In this document: positions 6,516-16,048 of the stretch, in pieces
Layout of the letters: every line of letters starts with the position of its first letter
Numbering within the stretch: position 1 is the stretch's first letter
From: a virus
Strand: one strand, 5' to 3'
Length of the DNA: 64,000 bases
IMG/VR virus record: IMGVR_UViG_3300048917_000027
Span: 1 to 64,000 of that record
Program-made: the position numbers and the translations under genes
The notes under the pieces: model-generated
What the model was told of the DNA's origin: nothing
Databases searched by the model: none
The model's input: only the letters and a program-made list of their open reading frames with translations

Positions 6516-7484
6516 GTGGACATCAGTTTTTCAACGATTCCGGGCAACTTGAACACAACCATCGGCTATGGTGTTGCTGGATTCAACATGGTTCGAAGTC
6601 TGCAAAAGCTGGGACACAGAGTTCCCTTCGCAGACAAGAACTGTCCAATCGAAATCTTCTTCTCCCAGCCTGATTACTGGGAATGGTCTAATCAATTCAA
6701 CTATCATATCGGTTATACGCCTTGGGAGTCAACCCAATTGCCACCAGGCTGGCTTGAGCATATGAATCTTGCAAATGAGACCTGGACCACATCAGAAATC
6801 ATCAAGCGTTGGTACACAGCAGCCGGTGTGAAGAATGTAAGAGTTTATCCTCATGGTATCGACCCTCAATGGACTCCAAAGAAGCGTCATCGATTCGAGA
6901 AGCTTCGATTTCTGCACATGGGCGAGCCAGCACCTCGAAAGGGTGGTCAGATGGCTGTCGATGCATTTCGGGCGGCATTCGGAGACAGAGAAGACGTAGA
7001 GCTGACCATCAAGGCTCATAGACTGAACAATGTCAGACGTCTTCAGAATGGCAGAATCCTTGGCCCTGTAACTGACTATAGCAACGTGAAGCTCGTCACA
7101 CAAGAGTTTCCCGAAGACCATCTTGTAGGCTTTGTCAAGCAGTATCACGTCATGGTCTATCCAAGTTGGGGAGAAGGCTTCGGTCTCATCCCGTTCCAGG
7201 CAATAGCCACAGGCATGCCTACAATCTGCACAGAGAAATGGGCGGAATACAAGAGCTATCTCGGCCCACTCGGTATTGATTCAAAGCTAGCAGCCTCTCC
7301 ATGGCCCGAGACGCACCCAGGTAAGATGCTCGAACCAAGCTTCGATGACCTTGTGGACAAGTACCGTTATGCAGAACAGAATTTCGATGAACTGAGTGGT
7401 CATTTCTACGCTCAGGCACCTTACTTGCATGACGAATACAACTGGGAAAAGCTTACTGAGAAGGCTTTCGCACACTTGATTTAG
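6516..7484 (+). CDS. glycosyltransferase, GT-B fold (GT1/GT4-like)
   Basis: VYPSWGEGFGLIPFQAIATGMPTI matches the EX7E-type GT4 C-terminal motif. GTG start preceded by GAAAGGAAAG. Confidence 0.8.
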   Translation: MDISFSTIPGNLNTTIGYGVAGFNMVRSLQKLGHRVPFADKNCPIEIFFSQPDYWEWSNQFNYHIGYTPWESTQLPPGWLEHMNLANETWTTSEIIKRWYTAAGVKNVRVYPHGIDPQWTPKKRHRFEKLRFLHMGEPAPRKGGQMAVDAFRAAFGDREDVELTIKAHRLNNVRRLQNGRILGPVTDYSNVKLVTQEFPEDHLVGFVKQYHVMVYPSWGEGFGLIPFQAIATGMPTICTEKWAEYKSYLGPLGIDSKLAASPWPETHPGKMLEPSFDDLVDKYRYAEQNFDELSGHFYAQAPYLHDEYNWEKLTEKAFAHLI

Positions 7485-7524
7485 ACCAAGATTTGCTGTA
7501 CCATTGAGGAACTACGCGATGATT

Positions 7525-7546
7525 AGCCGAGCCCAAAAGCTCGGCT
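7525..7546 (+). terminator. hairpin AGCCGAGC-ccaaaa-GCTCGGCT (weak terminator)
   Basis: Perfect 8-bp stem after the glycosyltransferase stop, but with a poor T tract. Confidence 0.35.
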
Positions 7547-7561
7547 TGAAAGGATTTCATT

Positions 7562-9499
7562 TTGATTGACGAAAAGGGTAATCTCACAGACCCTTACCAG
7601 AATTTTATTCATACCAGCAGGTATGCCCGATGGCTGGATGACAAAGAACGTCGGGAAACATTTGTTGAGACCACTGACAGATATCTCAACTACATGCGAA
7701 ACAGTTTGAAGAAGAATCATGAGTACGATATCCCTGCCGAGCAGTATGATTTCATCAGAAATCTGATGCTGGAGCAGGGCGCAGTTTCTTCTATGCGAGC
7801 TTTGATGACAGCAGGCCCGGCACTCGATAGAGACAACGTAGCAGCATATAACTGTAGCTATGTAGTCATCGATGACCCACGAGCCTTTGACGAAGTTCTC
7901 TATATTCTCATGAATGGAACTGGCGTCGGCTTCTCTGTAGAAGAGAAGTACGTTCGTAAGCTTCCTGTCATTGCAGAGGAGTTTGAAGACACTGAGAGTG
8001 TTATCAAGGTAGCAGACAGCAAGGAAGGTTGGGCACGAGCATATCGTGAACTGCTCAGTCTTCTATGGGGTGGACGAGTGCCACGCTGGGACACCTCCAA
8101 GGTACGTAAGGCAGGCGCGAGGCTAAAGACTTTTGGTGGCAGGGCATCTGGTCCAGGTCCACTTGAGCAGCTTTTCCAGTTCACCATTGACATCTTTGTC
8201 AAGGCTGCTGGACGTCAGCTCACCAGTCTTGAGGCTCATGACCTTGTCTGTAAGATTGCAGAAGTTGTGGTTGTTGGTGGAGTACGCAGAAGTGCATTGA
8301 TTTCTCTTTCCGACCTCTCCGACCTTCGTATGGCTACAGCAAAGGCCGGTAACTGGTGGGAGAACACTGGTCAGCGTGCCCTTGCAAACAACTCAGTTGC
8401 TTATACATCAAAGCCGGACATGACAGCGTTCATGGCCGAATGGAAGAATCTTTACGATAGCAAGTCTGGAGAAAGAGGAATTTTCAATAGGCAGGCTGCA
8501 AAGACTCAGGCAGCTAAGAATGGAAGGCGAGACGCTGGTTTCGACTTCGGAACTAATCCATGTAGCGAGATTATCCTTCGACCTAACCAGTTCTGCAACC
8601 TGACAGAAGTAATTGTAAGGCCAGAAGACAGTCTGGAAGACCTGAAGGAAAAGGTAAAGCTGGCGACAGTCATGGGAACATGGCAGTCAACACTGACTAA
8701 CTTCAAGTACCTGCGAAAGATTTGGAAGAAGAATACCGAAGAGGAAAGACTGCTCGGTGTTTCTCTTACTGGCCAGATGGCTCATTCAGTTCTGAATGGA
8801 CGTGAAGGCTTCGAGAAGATGGAGCAGTGGCTTGACGAGATGCGTGAAGTCGCTGTTAACACAAATGCTCAGACTGCTGACGCAATTGGAATTCCTCGCT
8901 CTACAGCAATCACCTGTGGAAAGCCATCAGGAACTGTATCACAGAGGGCCGGTGTTCCAAGTGGAATGCACACAGAGCACGACCACTTCTATATCAGGAC
9001 TGTACGAGGAGACAACAAGGACCCTCTGACTCAGTTCTTGAAGGACAGTGGAGTTCCAAACGAGCCTGACGTGATGAAGCCAAATGACACAACAGTCTTT
9101 AGCTTCCCTAAGAAGGCAGCAGATGGAGCGCTCACTCGCAATGACCTTACAGCCATTGAGCACCTTGAAATCTGGCTTGCATATCAGCGACACTGGTGTG
9201 AGCACAAGCCAAGCATTACAATTTCAGTCAAGGAAAATGAGTGGCTGGAAGTTGGAGCATGGGTTTACAAGCACTTCGATGAAGTGTCTGGCATTTCATT
9301 CCTTCCGTTCTCAGAGCACACATATAAGCAGGCTCCGTATCAGACGATTACTGAAGCCGAATATAAGGAATGGCTGGAGAAGATGCCTACAGAAATCCAG
9401 TGGGACCTTCTGCCAACTTATGAGGAAGGCGACAATACTACAGGTTCACAGGAACTTGCTTGTAGTGCGGGGCAGTGCGAAGTAGTTGACATTGGTTAA
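7562..9499 (+). CDS. nrdJ: class II (adenosylcobalamin-dependent) ribonucleotide reductase
   Basis: Active-site region FGTNPCSEIILRPNQFCNLTEV. C-terminal redox cysteines ELACSAGQCEVVDIG. The 645-aa monomeric size fits. TTG start with AAAGGA upstream. Confidence 0.88.
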   Translation: MIDEKGNLTDPYQNFIHTSRYARWLDDKERRETFVETTDRYLNYMRNSLKKNHEYDIPAEQYDFIRNLMLEQGAVSSMRALMTAGPALDRDNVAAYNCSYVVIDDPRAFDEVLYILMNGTGVGFSVEEKYVRKLPVIAEEFEDTESVIKVADSKEGWARAYRELLSLLWGGRVPRWDTSKVRKAGARLKTFGGRASGPGPLEQLFQFTIDIFVKAAGRQLTSLEAHDLVCKIAEVVVVGGVRRSALISLSDLSDLRMATAKAGNWWENTGQRALANNSVAYTSKPDMTAFMAEWKNLYDSKSGERGIFNRQAAKTQAAKNGRRDAGFDFGTNPCSEIILRPNQFCNLTEVIVRPEDSLEDLKEKVKLATVMGTWQSTLTNFKYLRKIWKKNTEEERLLGVSLTGQMAHSVLNGREGFEKMEQWLDEMREVAVNTNAQTADAIGIPRSTAITCGKPSGTVSQRAGVPSGMHTEHDHFYIRTVRGDNKDPLTQFLKDSGVPNEPDVMKPNDTTVFSFPKKAADGALTRNDLTAIEHLEIWLAYQRHWCEHKPSITISVKENEWLEVGAWVYKHFDEVSGISFLPFSEHTYKQAPYQTITEAEYKEWLEKMPTEIQWDLLPTYEEGDNTTGSQELACSAGQCEVVDIG

Positions 9500-9503
9500 A
9501 GCG

Positions 9504-9537
9504 AGGCCCGGCATTCAGCCGGGCTTCTTGCTTTTTA
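9504..9537 (+). terminator. intrinsic terminator
   Basis: GCCCGGC-attca-GCCGGGC followed by TTCTTGCTTTTTA. Confidence 0.75.
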
Positions 9538-9556
9538 TCTGTATCGGATTTATACT
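9528..9556 (+). promoter_or_regulatory. promoter TTGCTT-17-TATACT
   Basis: The -35 lies inside the terminator T tract. The downstream gene has a GAGGAGGTG RBS. Confidence 0.45.
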
Positions 9557-9582
9557 ACTTATCGAGGAGGTGAAATTATTTC

Positions 9583-10470
9583 ATGGCAACACCAATGACT
9601 TCCGCACAGATTGTAGCTCAGCTCAAGAGGTGGGGAATTAAGTACAAGGAAGTAAAGTCCTGGGAATCTCACAATAGAGATTCTGCGACTGGTAAGACAT
9701 TCGGTCCTGTAAACGGATTCATCTGGCACCACACTGGTGCTGATGTTTCAGCCGGTAGTGCAGGAGAGTATGCAGGTGGAACTCTCTATAACGGTCTAAG
9801 CAATCTTCCAGGTCCACTATGTCATTTCGGCCTGGCAACAGATGGCGTTGTTTATCTAGTTGGATGGGGTAGAGCTAATCACGCAGGTGGTGGTGACCCT
9901 GTTGTTCTTGACCACGTCATTAATGAGGATTACTCTGGCCAGCTAAAGCCTACCAAGGGTAATGCAAATGGTGTGGACGGTAACGACCATTTCTATGGCG
10001 TTGAGATTATGTATTCTGGTTCTCACGCAATGACAGATGCACAGTACAAGACCGCCCTAAAGCTTTCTGCTGCCATTCTTGAGTTCCACAAGTGGACTGA
10101 ACTGTCCTGTATTGGACACGGAGAATGGTCAAACGACAAGTGGGACCCAGGTTACGCTTCTGGCAAGATTATGAACATGGTTGATATTCGAAAGGATATC
10201 AAGGCAACTCTGAAGGCTGGTCCAAATGCTACTCCGCCAACAACGGACAAGCCTCCAACAACGGGAGGTGGAAAGGTGGCAACGAAGGACGCTACTTACA
10301 AGTCTGTATGGGACCTGGACGCTGCAACTCCTCCAGCAGGACACGCAACGACTGAAAATCCTTCATGGGCTCCAATGTCTATTCTTCGAGGTGTCTACGA
10401 AAAGGTAGAAGCTCTTTCAAAGCAGGTATCTGCACTGGAAAAGAAGATTGACGAACTGAACAATAAGTGA
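9583..10470 (+). CDS. N-acetylmuramoyl-L-alanine amidase (Amidase_2/PGRP) endolysin
   Basis: Motifs GFIWHHTGADV, LCHFGLATDGVVYLVGWGRANHAGGG and FYGVEIMYSG. A P/T-rich linker and a C-terminal coiled coil follow. Confidence 0.82.
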   Translation: MATPMTSAQIVAQLKRWGIKYKEVKSWESHNRDSATGKTFGPVNGFIWHHTGADVSAGSAGEYAGGTLYNGLSNLPGPLCHFGLATDGVVYLVGWGRANHAGGGDPVVLDHVINEDYSGQLKPTKGNANGVDGNDHFYGVEIMYSGSHAMTDAQYKTALKLSAAILEFHKWTELSCIGHGEWSNDKWDPGYASGKIMNMVDIRKDIKATLKAGPNATPPTTDKPPTTGGGKVATKDATYKSVWDLDAATPPAGHATTENPSWAPMSILRGVYEKVEALSKQVSALEKKIDELNNK

Positions 10471-10559
10471 TAACATCTAAGTACAGCCTATGGAAATGAG
10501 TCCGGGTTGTCTAGGGCGCTGCGTGCGGCGCTACTTAGGATGTTTATAATTACCGCATT

Positions 10560-10590
10560 GGCCGGGTCTTCGGACTCGGCCTTTTGCGTT
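10560..10590 (+). terminator. intrinsic terminator (UUCG tetraloop)
   Basis: GGCCGGGTC-ttcg-GACTCGGCC followed by TTTTGCGTT. Confidence 0.75.
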
Positions 10591-10595
10591 ATGCA

Positions 10596-10604
10596 TGATA
10601 AAAT
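10596..10604 (+). promoter_or_regulatory. extended -10 TGATAAAAT placed 6 nt before ATG 10611 (leaderless candidate)
   Basis: The sequence reads TGATAAAAT-aactgt-ATG. Confidence 0.45.
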
Positions 10605-10610
10605 AACTGT

Positions 10611-12353
10611 ATGTCCTATCAACTACAAGTTCTCGCAGATAATCCGTTCAGCTATTGGAAGCTGGATGAGACAGGTCCAGCATTTCCGGATTCAGCCGGA
10701 AGTATGAGGACCGCTGACCTCGTGGGAACCATTGTTCATCACCCTGCCCTTGTAGCGGGCTCAGGTAGCGCTCTCGTATTGAGTAATACAAACCACCTGG
10801 ATATGGACGACCCTGTTTTTAACAATGGCTACGAGCTACGTCAGTTCGCTCTAGAGGCATGGGTGAAGCCAGTCAGCATTACTGGCGAAGTCTCTATCAT
10901 GAGCCATTCAAGCGCATACGATGGTCTGACGATTACAGCCACTCATATCTATTTCAGAACAAAGTATCTTACGGCCGGTACGTGTGAGGCAGCATTCGAA
11001 TATGAATCAGGAAAAGCTTTTCATGTCGTAGGTGTTCACACCAACGCAAAGAACTCATTGTATGTAGACGGAAAGCTCGTTGCAGAAACAGATTTGACCG
11101 ACGAGCAGCAGGCAGACTCATATTCATTCTTGACAACAGACCTTATCGGTGGACAGTCAGCTACAAGCAGCACCATTGCTCTTGATGCTCCTGCAATCTA
11201 TTCAACATCTATTTCTGGCGATGTCATTTCAAAGCATTATCAGTATGGCGTATCAGTTGATACCAGCGAAGGTATTGCTGGATTCCACAATGCTACGTTC
11301 TGGAATTTCTCAGACGAAAAGAGAAATATCGCGGCGGCAAAGGAGTGGACTCTTGAGGCAGACTGGAAGTCAGGTGTTCTTACAGATATAGCAGTATCCA
11401 ATGACAGCATTGTCCCTTCCTATACGCAATCAGAAACGGATGTGGTAGAAGATGGCCTTATTGTTCCTGTATATACGAACACTTCTCTGCCTGGCGTTTG
11501 GCAAACAAGCGTCTCATTGGGAGAAGTGCCAGAATCAACCTTGGCAGACATGCGACTCACTTGGTCTGGAGAAGGAGACTTTACAGTTGAATACTCACTT
11601 GATGATGGTACAACTTGGAAGAATCCAAACCTAGGACCTACAGAATCATTGGATAACACGGATGTAATCGATATTCGCATTACATTCGATGGTGGAATAG
11701 ACGATGACCCTTCATATGTAAGTTCACTGAAAATTGTTGTCTATATCGACAAAACATTTCTGGGAAGTCGTGCAGACAGATTCGCATCATTGACAGGAAA
11801 CGGCCTGGCGAGTGAAGAATACTTCGAACCAATTGAGTACGCAGACTTCAATGGAATCCAGCTATTGTCTGGAGCAATCGCACTGACTGTGGATAACTCA
11901 TACAACGGAGAAGAAGAGGCCGGTGATTTGAATATCACAGGCTTTGATATGTGGGTAAAGCCAGTGGCAGGAAACATTCTTTCAGGCTCTGGCATCAGCA
12001 TTTCAAGGTCAGGCAATACCGTCGTGTTCTCAGGTCTCAGCACTCTTGTCGTCAATGGTGTTTCCGTGACCAGTGGAGCAACAGTCTTCAATTCAAATAG
12101 CTGGTATCACATTGCAGGAATCTTCACGACAGCAGCAAATCCGGCACTGACCGTTGGTGTTACCAACACTATTGTTAGTCAGCTAAGTGTTATCACGAAT
12201 GCTCTGACATTGGCTGGATTGCAACAGCTATATGCAGCATATCTTGGACTGCCGGGCCTTGTCCTGACAGATACAACTGATGTTGCAATAGCAGAAGCTG
12301 TGCCTGCAACCAATTTGTATGCTCATGTCTGGGGAATTACACCCGCAGGATAA
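10611..12353 (+). CDS. virion-associated protein with two LamG/concanavalin-like lectin domains
   Basis: The N-terminus YWKLDETGPAFPDSAG...FALEAWVKP...FHVVGVHTNAKNSLYVDGKLV is a Laminin_G_3-type pattern. It is repeated at GFDMWVKPVAG...SWYHIAGIF. Confidence 0.7.
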   Translation: MSYQLQVLADNPFSYWKLDETGPAFPDSAGSMRTADLVGTIVHHPALVAGSGSALVLSNTNHLDMDDPVFNNGYELRQFALEAWVKPVSITGEVSIMSHSSAYDGLTITATHIYFRTKYLTAGTCEAAFEYESGKAFHVVGVHTNAKNSLYVDGKLVAETDLTDEQQADSYSFLTTDLIGGQSATSSTIALDAPAIYSTSISGDVISKHYQYGVSVDTSEGIAGFHNATFWNFSDEKRNIAAAKEWTLEADWKSGVLTDIAVSNDSIVPSYTQSETDVVEDGLIVPVYTNTSLPGVWQTSVSLGEVPESTLADMRLTWSGEGDFTVEYSLDDGTTWKNPNLGPTESLDNTDVIDIRITFDGGIDDDPSYVSSLKIVVYIDKTFLGSRADRFASLTGNGLASEEYFEPIEYADFNGIQLLSGAIALTVDNSYNGEEEAGDLNITGFDMWVKPVAGNILSGSGISISRSGNTVVFSGLSTLVVNGVSVTSGATVFNSNSWYHIAGIFTTAANPALTVGVTNTIVSQLSVITNALTLAGLQQLYAAYLGLPGLVLTDTTDVAIAEAVPATNLYAHVWGITPAG

Positions 12354-12356
12354 CGA

Positions 12357-12387
12357 AAAGCCTCCGATATGGAGGCTTTTCTTGCTT
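12357..12387 (+). terminator. intrinsic terminator
   Basis: AAAAGCCTCC-gatat-GGAGGCTTTT followed by CTTGCTT. Confidence 0.75.
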
Positions 12388-12410
12388 AATAACGTCAATG
12401 TCTTTAAGAT
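12382..12410 (+). promoter_or_regulatory. promoter TTGCTT-17-TAAGAT, -10 placed 6 nt before ATG 12417
   Basis: The sequence reads TAAGAT-atcagt-ATG, with the -35 inside the terminator tail. Confidence 0.4.
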
Positions 12411-12416
12411 ATCAGT

Positions 12417-12752
12417 ATGAATAAGCAAAGAATGCGAGTAGTAGACGAGGCCGGTTATGGTGTTTATGTGTGGCAGATGCCTGACGGTCGCCTTGTTGGA
12501 GATGACGACAACAACTGGTTGTGCATTTCCTCAATGAAGGGTGACCTCAAGCGCATAAACGAATTGACTGAGGCTGTACGTCACTACGGAATCATGGTAG
12601 GGGAGCCACTGTTTTTGGCCGGTAACCGAAAGATTACCGACGAAGAGTATGAATACCAGAAGCAGCGTCAAGCCTTTGGTCTGATTCCAGACGAATACGA
12701 TATCCCAGCTCTCGTAAGTGAGCAGGCATACAAGGAGAGAAATGGCGAATAA
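12417..12752 (+). CDS. hypothetical protein
   Basis: 111-aa track ORF immediately upstream of the portal gene. No motif recognised. Confidence 0.6.
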   Translation: MNKQRMRVVDEAGYGVYVWQMPDGRLVGDDDNNWLCISSMKGDLKRINELTEAVRHYGIMVGEPLFLAGNRKITDEEYEYQKQRQAFGLIPDEYDIPALVSEQAYKERNGE

Positions 12753-14322
12753 TCGAGTTGTAGTAGCAGAGCCAGAAGACGAACATGTCATTGAAGTTTC
12801 ACTAGGCTCAGAATACAGTCGTGACATCAGTCACGACCCTGACCCATTTCAGAAGTCAGCCGATGAGCTGAACAAGAGCCTCGATGGTCTTTCACGTTCC
12901 TTCAAGATTCGTACCACAAAGCAAGTAAATAAGTTCTTCCGTGGTACAGATGGCGCTGCTTCAAAGAAGGAAGAAAGCCAGGAGGTCACGGGTTATAACG
13001 CCTTCCAGGTAATGCTTCCTCCATACAATCTCGATTACCTGGCCAAGCTTTACGAAGTATCTTCACCTCACTATGCAGCAGTAAAGGCAAAGGTCTCCAA
13101 CATTGTTGGACTAGGCTATGACCTTGTCGAGACTCCAGCAGCCAAGCGAAAGCTTGATGAGATTGAGGGAGAAGAAAAGGTAAAGAAGGCACGCAAGAAG
13201 ATTTCAATAGAAAAAGAACGACTCATGGAGTGGATTGAAAGCTGCAATGAGGAGGACGACTTCCTTGAGACTCTTATCAAGGTATGGACCGACTATGAGG
13301 TAACTGGTAATGGATACTTGGAAATCGGCCGGAAGTCAAATGGGGAAATTGGTTATCTAGGCCATATTCCTAGTACCACCATGCGTATCCGACAGAGAAG
13401 AGACGGCTTCGTTCAAATCATTTCAAACAAGGCTGTATTCTTCCGTAACTTCGGAGACGATAAGACGCCTGACCCAGTGGGAGGAGACACAAGACCAAAT
13501 GAGGTCATCCATGTCAAGAAGTACACGCCAGGAAATGGATATTATGGAATCTCTGACATCGTGGCAGCTAAGGCTGCTGTCGCAGGTAATGAGTTCGCCA
13601 CAAGATTCAACCTGGACTATTTCGAGAACAAGGCTGTTCCTAGGTATGTCATTGTCATCAAGGGAGGAAAGCTCAGTCCAGCCGCAGAGCGACGAATCAC
13701 TGAGTTCTTCCAGACTTCCTTGAAGGGCAAGAACCACAGAACCCTTTATGTTCCTCTTCCACCTGATGAGCAGGACCGAAAGACCAGCTTTGAAATGAAG
13801 CCAGTCGAGGCCGGTACTCAGGACAGTTCATTCAACAATTACCGTAAGGGAAACCTGAATGACATTCTGATGGCTCACCGAGTTCCTATCACTAAGGTAG
13901 GTCTTGCAGAAGGTGCAAGTCTAGCTGTCGCTCGCGACGCTGACAAGACTTTCAAGGAGCAGGTATGTCGTCCAGAGCAGAGCATTTTCGAAACAAAGCT
14001 CAACAAGATTATGAAGGAAGTCACTGATGTATTCCAGATTCATCTGAACGAGCTTTCACTAACTGATGAGGATACTCAGAGCAAGATTGACGAAAGAGCA
14101 ATCCGTAATCAGTGGACCACTCCTAACGAGATTCGTGGTCGTCAGGGTAAGCCAGGTCTCCCAAGTGGAGACAAGGTGGTCGAGCAGAAGCCACAACAGC
14201 AGGCTGAAGCACGTGCTCAGACAGGTCAGACAAGAACTCGTGATGCTCAGCGTTCAGCAAACTCTCCAGACGGAGCAGGAGAGGCAAGGCAGCCGAAGGG
14301 TGAGGGCAGAGTAACACCATGA
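12742..14322 (+). CDS. portal protein (HK97-family type)
   Basis: Size and position fit a portal. Motifs include GNGYLEIGRK, FRNFGDD, YYGISDIV and NLDYFENKAVPRYVIVIKGG. Start set at ATG 12742, preceded by AAGGAGAGAA. Confidence 0.88.
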   Translation: MANNRVVVAEPEDEHVIEVSLGSEYSRDISHDPDPFQKSADELNKSLDGLSRSFKIRTTKQVNKFFRGTDGAASKKEESQEVTGYNAFQVMLPPYNLDYLAKLYEVSSPHYAAVKAKVSNIVGLGYDLVETPAAKRKLDEIEGEEKVKKARKKISIEKERLMEWIESCNEEDDFLETLIKVWTDYEVTGNGYLEIGRKSNGEIGYLGHIPSTTMRIRQRRDGFVQIISNKAVFFRNFGDDKTPDPVGGDTRPNEVIHVKKYTPGNGYYGISDIVAAKAAVAGNEFATRFNLDYFENKAVPRYVIVIKGGKLSPAAERRITEFFQTSLKGKNHRTLYVPLPPDEQDRKTSFEMKPVEAGTQDSSFNNYRKGNLNDILMAHRVPITKVGLAEGASLAVARDADKTFKEQVCRPEQSIFETKLNKIMKEVTDVFQIHLNELSLTDEDTQSKIDERAIRNQWTTPNEIRGRQGKPGLPSGDKVVEQKPQQQAEARAQTGQTRTRDAQRSANSPDGAGEARQPKGEGRVTP

Positions 14323-14780
14323 ACAAGCTTTGGAACAAGACAGACGAAATTGCTAGAGGTTTGAGAAAGCCTATCAATACAGCCGCAATCTCCATTATGG
14401 GTACTTATACACTCGTGTGGGGATTGTGGCTGGCCATGCCATGGGCAACCTTTAGCAGAAGCCCAATCTACGAAATGATGAACACCCTTGCGCCGGAATT
14501 GGTATGGGGCCTGGCAGCCATGGGCATTGGACTAATGATGCTACACGGTGTCTTCAAGATGAGCTATAACGCATTGCACAGAGGTGCCCTGGCAGGCTTC
14601 TACTACTGGCTTGTCGTCAGTGGCTTCTACATCGTAGGAAGCTGGCAGTCAGTAGGATGGATTAACGCGTGCATGGTTTCCATTTATTGTGCCTTTGTAG
14701 CTATCAACCTACGGGTCAATAGAAAGGTTGTTGACTCTAGTTTGCATGATAATAAAGAAGTAACTAAGATAAGACCATGA
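14319..14780 (+). CDS. integral membrane protein (4 TM) inside the head module
   Basis: ATGA overlaps at both ends. Hydrophobic helices are ISIMGTYTLVWGLWLAM, LVWGLAAMGIGLMMLHGV, LAGFYYWLVVSGFYIVG and WINACMVSIYCAFVAI. Confidence 0.65.
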   Translation: MNKLWNKTDEIARGLRKPINTAAISIMGTYTLVWGLWLAMPWATFSRSPIYEMMNTLAPELVWGLAAMGIGLMMLHGVFKMSYNALHRGALAGFYYWLVVSGFYIVGSWQSVGWINACMVSIYCAFVAINLRVNRKVVDSSLHDNKEVTKIRP

Positions 14781-16048
14781 AGATTGAGAAGGCATCCTGG
14801 CATTCTGATGAACATAATGTTCGTCTGACAATGCCGATTGCAAAGTATGATGTCGAAAAGCGTCAGGTAAGTGGTTTCGCCACTCTTGATAATTTCGATT
14901 CACACGGTGACATTGTTCTAGCAGAAGCATCCCAAAAGGCTTTTGCTCGTTTCCGTGGAAACATCCGCGAGATGCATCAGCCTCTTGCAGTAGGAAAGCT
15001 GGTGGACTTCAGAGAAGAGGAGTTTTATGACTCTGCAACTCAGAAGTTCTACCGAGGCATTTTCGCTACAGCGTATGTCTCAAAGGGTGCTCAGGATACA
15101 TGGGAAAAGGTACTTGACGGTACTCTAAGTGGTTTTAGTATCGGCGGTAGCATCGTAGACTCTGACACTGAGTGGAACAAGGATGCCCAGACAAACGTAC
15201 GATTCATCAAGGACTACGAACTAATTGAATTGTCCCTCGTTGACAGCCCAGCTAATCAGCTAGCCAACATTTTCAGTATTGAAAAGGTGGCCGGTGGCGA
15301 GAGAGTCATGAAGGGAATGGTAGTAGAAACCTCCGTAGAGAATGTCTTCTGGTGTTCAACAGATGAAATCGCTAAGACTACAACCGACGAGTCCGCAACC
15401 TGCCGCTCTTGCGGTAAGGATATGCAGAACATTGGTTGGTTTGAGACCGACAGCAATCGACAGGAAGCTGTAAAGGCTCTTGTAGCAGAATTTACTAAGT
15501 CCAAGGACACCGAAGGAGGTGCAGAACAAATGGCAGATGAGCGTAAGGACGACGTTGCAGAGCAGGGTCGAGCCGAGTCCGAGACTCCAGTTGAAGAATC
15601 AACAACTGAGAATGCTCCAGAGGTTGAGGCTGATGGAACTGTTGAGTCCGGAGATGCAGCAGCAGAAGAGGTAGACGAAGGTGGCGCAGAGGAGCCAAAC
15701 TTCGAAAGAATGCTTGAGCAGGTAAGGGAAACCATTACCAAGGGTCTTGAGCAGACTCGTGAAGCTACTGCTGAGGAAATCAAGACTATCGAAACCAAGG
15801 TTGATGAAATCAACAAGGCATTCGACAATAAGTTTTCTGAGCTAGTCGAAAAGCACGGCGAGCTTAGCAAGAAGTTTGACAGTCTTTCAGAGCAGCACGA
15901 CGAAGTCACTAAGAGACTTGACGGTGTTGAGAAGGAGACTGCTATTAGAAAGTCCGGCGACGTTGGCACGTCAAAGGAAGAGACCGTTAGCAAGGCTAAG
16001 GGCTCAAAGTGGGGCGGACACTTCCTCAGTGTTTCCGACATCAAGTAA
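14777..16048 (+). CDS. prohead protease (HK97/S78-type) fused to an acidic coiled-coil scaffold domain
   Basis: Protease motifs are DSHGDIVLAEA, MHQPLAVGKL, LSGFSIGGS and ELSLVDSPANQ. A Cys4 insert reads CSTDE...CRSCGKD. The C-terminal ~180 aa are E/D/K-rich and helical. Confidence 0.82.
   Translation: MKIEKASWHSDEHNVRLTMPIAKYDVEKRQVSGFATLDNFDSHGDIVLAEASQKAFARFRGNIREMHQPLAVGKLVDFREEEFYDSATQKFYRGIFATAYVSKGAQDTWEKVLDGTLSGFSIGGSIVDSDTEWNKDAQTNVRFIKDYELIELSLVDSPANQLANIFSIEKVAGGERVMKGMVVETSVENVFWCSTDEIAKTTTDESATCRSCGKDMQNIGWFETDSNRQEAVKALVAEFTKSKDTEGGAEQMADERKDDVAEQGRAESETPVEESTTENAPEVEADGTVESGDAAAEEVDEGGAEEPNFERMLEQVRETITKGLEQTREATAEEIKTIETKVDEINKAFDNKFSELVEKHGELSKKFDSLSEQHDEVTKRLDGVEKETAIRKSGDVGTSKEETVSKAKGSKWGGHFLSVSDIK

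Noticed and set aside
10507-10707. 66-aa plus-strand ORF spanning the 10560 terminator
   Set aside because: It runs through a strong UUCG-loop terminator and into the LamG gene in another frame.
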